A stretch of DNA of 63,929 bases, the filler included, from Lama guanicoe (Eukaryota), in the NCBI GenBank assembly GCA_013239625.1. It is 104 parts of 104 records of this genome, joined end to end, with 100 filler letters (N's around TTAATTAATTAA, not from the genome) between each part and the next. Parts side by side here need not be neighbours in the genome. Positions count along the whole stretch, not along the records: positions 61,884 to 62,440 come from PNXV01026534.1; positions 62,541 to 62,975 come from PNXV01026535.1; positions 63,076 to 63,619 come from PNXV01026536.1; positions 63,720 to 63,929 come from PNXV01026542.1; 100 more parts are not named here. The stretch is one strand, 5' to 3'. Under the pieces are notes generated by a model. It did not search any database and was not told where the DNA came from. It was given only the letters and a program-made list of their open reading frames with translations. Shown one piece after another: positions 61,884 to 63,929 of the stretch. Numbering within the stretch: position 1 is the first letter of the stretch; each line of letters starts with the position of its first letter. Made by a program: the position numbers and the translations under genes.

Positions 61884-62440
61884 GGGGAGGCAGCGTATAT
61901 CACGGGGATATCCTGCAAACTCCCCTACCATTATCTGGCAGAGAGATATTAGGAAAACACTCAGGGGAGACGAGCTTAAGCATTCTGTAAGAACCCACGC
62001 GCTGCCGACCGTTGGTGGAACCTCCCCACGCTCAGGATTCCGGACCCATTGTCAGTGCGTGGGGGATCTCGAGAGACAACTCCACGCAGCTCTCTTCAGT
62101 CACAGGTTTTCCCTGTTCGTGGAAGTCTGGGATATACTTTCCCTGACTTTGGGGAGGCAGCCTCGGTCACTGGGATAACCTGAAATCACCTCTAGCATTC
62201 CCTGGCAAAGGGACATTAGGAAAACCCTCAGGGGATACGAGCTTAAGCATTCTGTAAGAACCCACGCGCTGCCGACCGTTGGTGGAACCTCCCCACGCTC
62301 AGGATTCCGGAACCATTGTCAGTGCGTGGGGAACTCGAGAGACAACTCCACGCAGCTCTCTTCATTCACAGGAGTTCCTTGATCGGGGAATTCCGGGAAA
62401 TAACTTCCCTGATCTTGGGGAGGCAGCCTCGGTCACTGGG
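61884..62440 (+). repeat. 267-bp satellite, subfamily C
   Basis: ATTAGGAAAAC.CTCAGGGGA.ACGAGCTTAAG. Confidence 0.95.
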
Positions 62441-62540
62441 NNNNNNNNNNNNNNNNNNNNNNNNNNNNNNNNNNNNNNNNNNNNTTAATTAATTAANNNN
62501 NNNNNNNNNNNNNNNNNNNNNNNNNNNNNNNNNNNNNNNN

Positions 62541-62975
62541 ACCTGTGACTGAAGAGAGCTGCGTGGAGTTGTCTCCCGAGCTCCCCCAATCAATGACAAT
62601 GTTTCTGGAATCCTGAGAGTGGGGAGGTTCCACCAACGGTCGGCAGCGCGTGGATTCTAACGGAATGCCTGTGCTCGCCTCCTCTGAGGGTTTTCCTCAT
62701 GTCTCTCTGCCAGGGTATGCTAGGGGGGTTGCAGGAAATCCCAGTGACAGAGGCTGCCTCCCCAAGGTCAGGGAAGGTATTTCTCGGACTTCCCCGAGCA
62801 GGGAACACCTGTGACTGAAGAGAGCTGCGTGGAGTTGTCTCTCGAGCTCCCCCACTGAATGACAATGGTTCCGGAATCCTGAGCGAGGGGAGGTTCCACC
62901 AACGGTCAGCAGGGCGTGGGTTCAAAAGGAATGCCTGTGCTCGTCTCCCCTGAGGGTTTTCCGCATGTCTCTGTG
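62541..62975 (-). repeat. 267-bp satellite, subfamily B
   Basis: CCTGTGCTCG, CCTCATGTC and CCCCGAGCAGGG. Confidence 0.95.
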
Positions 62976-63075
62976 NNNNNNNNNNNNNNNNNNNNNNNNN
63001 NNNNNNNNNNNNNNNNNNNTTAATTAATTAANNNNNNNNNNNNNNNNNNNNNNNNNNNNNNNNNNNNNNNNNNNN

Positions 63076-63619
63076 TCCTTAACCTAGCTTGAAGGGAACA
63101 CAAAGTTTCTTTTCAGTTGACAACAAACAATCCATACAAATATATGGGGAGGTACAAACTCCAACTCGCTTTTACAGTGAAAACGGCAGGCACTTCAAAC
63201 CGGCACTATTAAACACACTGGGAAACCAGAGTAAGTGTTTCTCCTGCAACCCGTTCCCTTTGTGCTGGATGAACGATCGTCTCTCCAGATGCTCAGTTCT
63301 GAGAGATAAGTGTGTGCGAGTGCCGTCCTTAACCTAGCTTGAAGGGAACACAAATTTTCTTTTCAGTTGCCATCTCCACTCCATACATATATATGGGGAG
63401 ATACAAGCTCCAAATCGGTTTTACAGAGAAAACGGCAGGCACTTCAAACCGGCACTATTAAACACACTGGGAAACCAGAGTAAGTGTTTCTCCTGCAACC
63501 CGTTCCCTTTGTGCTGGATGAACGATCGTCTCTCCAGATGCTCAGTTCTGAGAGATAAGTGTGTGCGAGTGCCGTCCTTAACCTAGCTTGAAGGGAACAC
63601 AAATTTTCTTTTCAGTTGC
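63076..63619 (+). repeat. 249-bp satellite, subfamily Y
   Basis: AAACGGCAGGCACTTCAAACCGG twice. Confidence 0.95.
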
Positions 63620-63719
63620 NNNNNNNNNNNNNNNNNNNNNNNNNNNNNNNNNNNNNNNNNNNNTTAATTAATTAANNNNNNNNNNNNNNNNNNNNNNNNN
63701 NNNNNNNNNNNNNNNNNNN

Positions 63720-63929
63720 AGAATATAGAATATAGAATAGAGAATATAAAATATAGCATATAGAATGTATAACACAGTATATAGAATATAGAATACGGAG
63801 GGCAGAATATAGAACGTAGGAAATAGAATCAAGAACACAAAGTATAGAATATTTAAAATGGAATATACAAGCCAGAAATTAAAAATGGAATGTAGAACAC
63901 AGAATTTAGAATATAGAATACAGAATACT
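63720..63929 (-). repeat. Heptamer satellite (cut by window end)
   Basis: Tandem GAANNNN heptamers. Confidence 0.95.

Overview
This is not contiguous chromosome. It is an artificial concatenation of 104 short contigs (about 200-1000 bp each) joined by 103 identical 100-bp linkers (N44-TTAATTAATTAA-N44, a six-frame stop spacer). Adjacency and orientation between contigs therefore carry no biological meaning. The DNA is mammalian and very probably camelid, based on a Vic-1-type tRNA-derived SINE. About 60 contigs are satellite DNA: (i) a degenerate heptamer satellite based on (TATATTC)n, 28 contigs, with a hidden 189-bp (27x7) higher-order period; (ii) a GC/CpG-rich ~267-bp satellite, 19 contigs in three subfamilies, plus 2 contigs of a strongly diverged relative; (iii) a ~249-bp satellite, 11 contigs in two subfamilies, plus 2 contigs of an AT-rich ~247-bp relative organised as a 740-bp trimer; (iv) one 16-bp GC-rich minisatellite. 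The rest is LINE-1, MIR and MaLR-LTR fragments and unidentified unique sequence. The only recognisable host-gene sequence is one intron-flanked C2orf81-like exon with a premature stop. Nearly all entries in the ORF track are artefacts of repeats or linkers. I found no CRISPR, operon or new enzymatic system; the interesting signal is satellite architecture and evolution. Repeat-family names come from recalled consensus motifs, not database searches, and satellite strand labels are arbitrary conventions.
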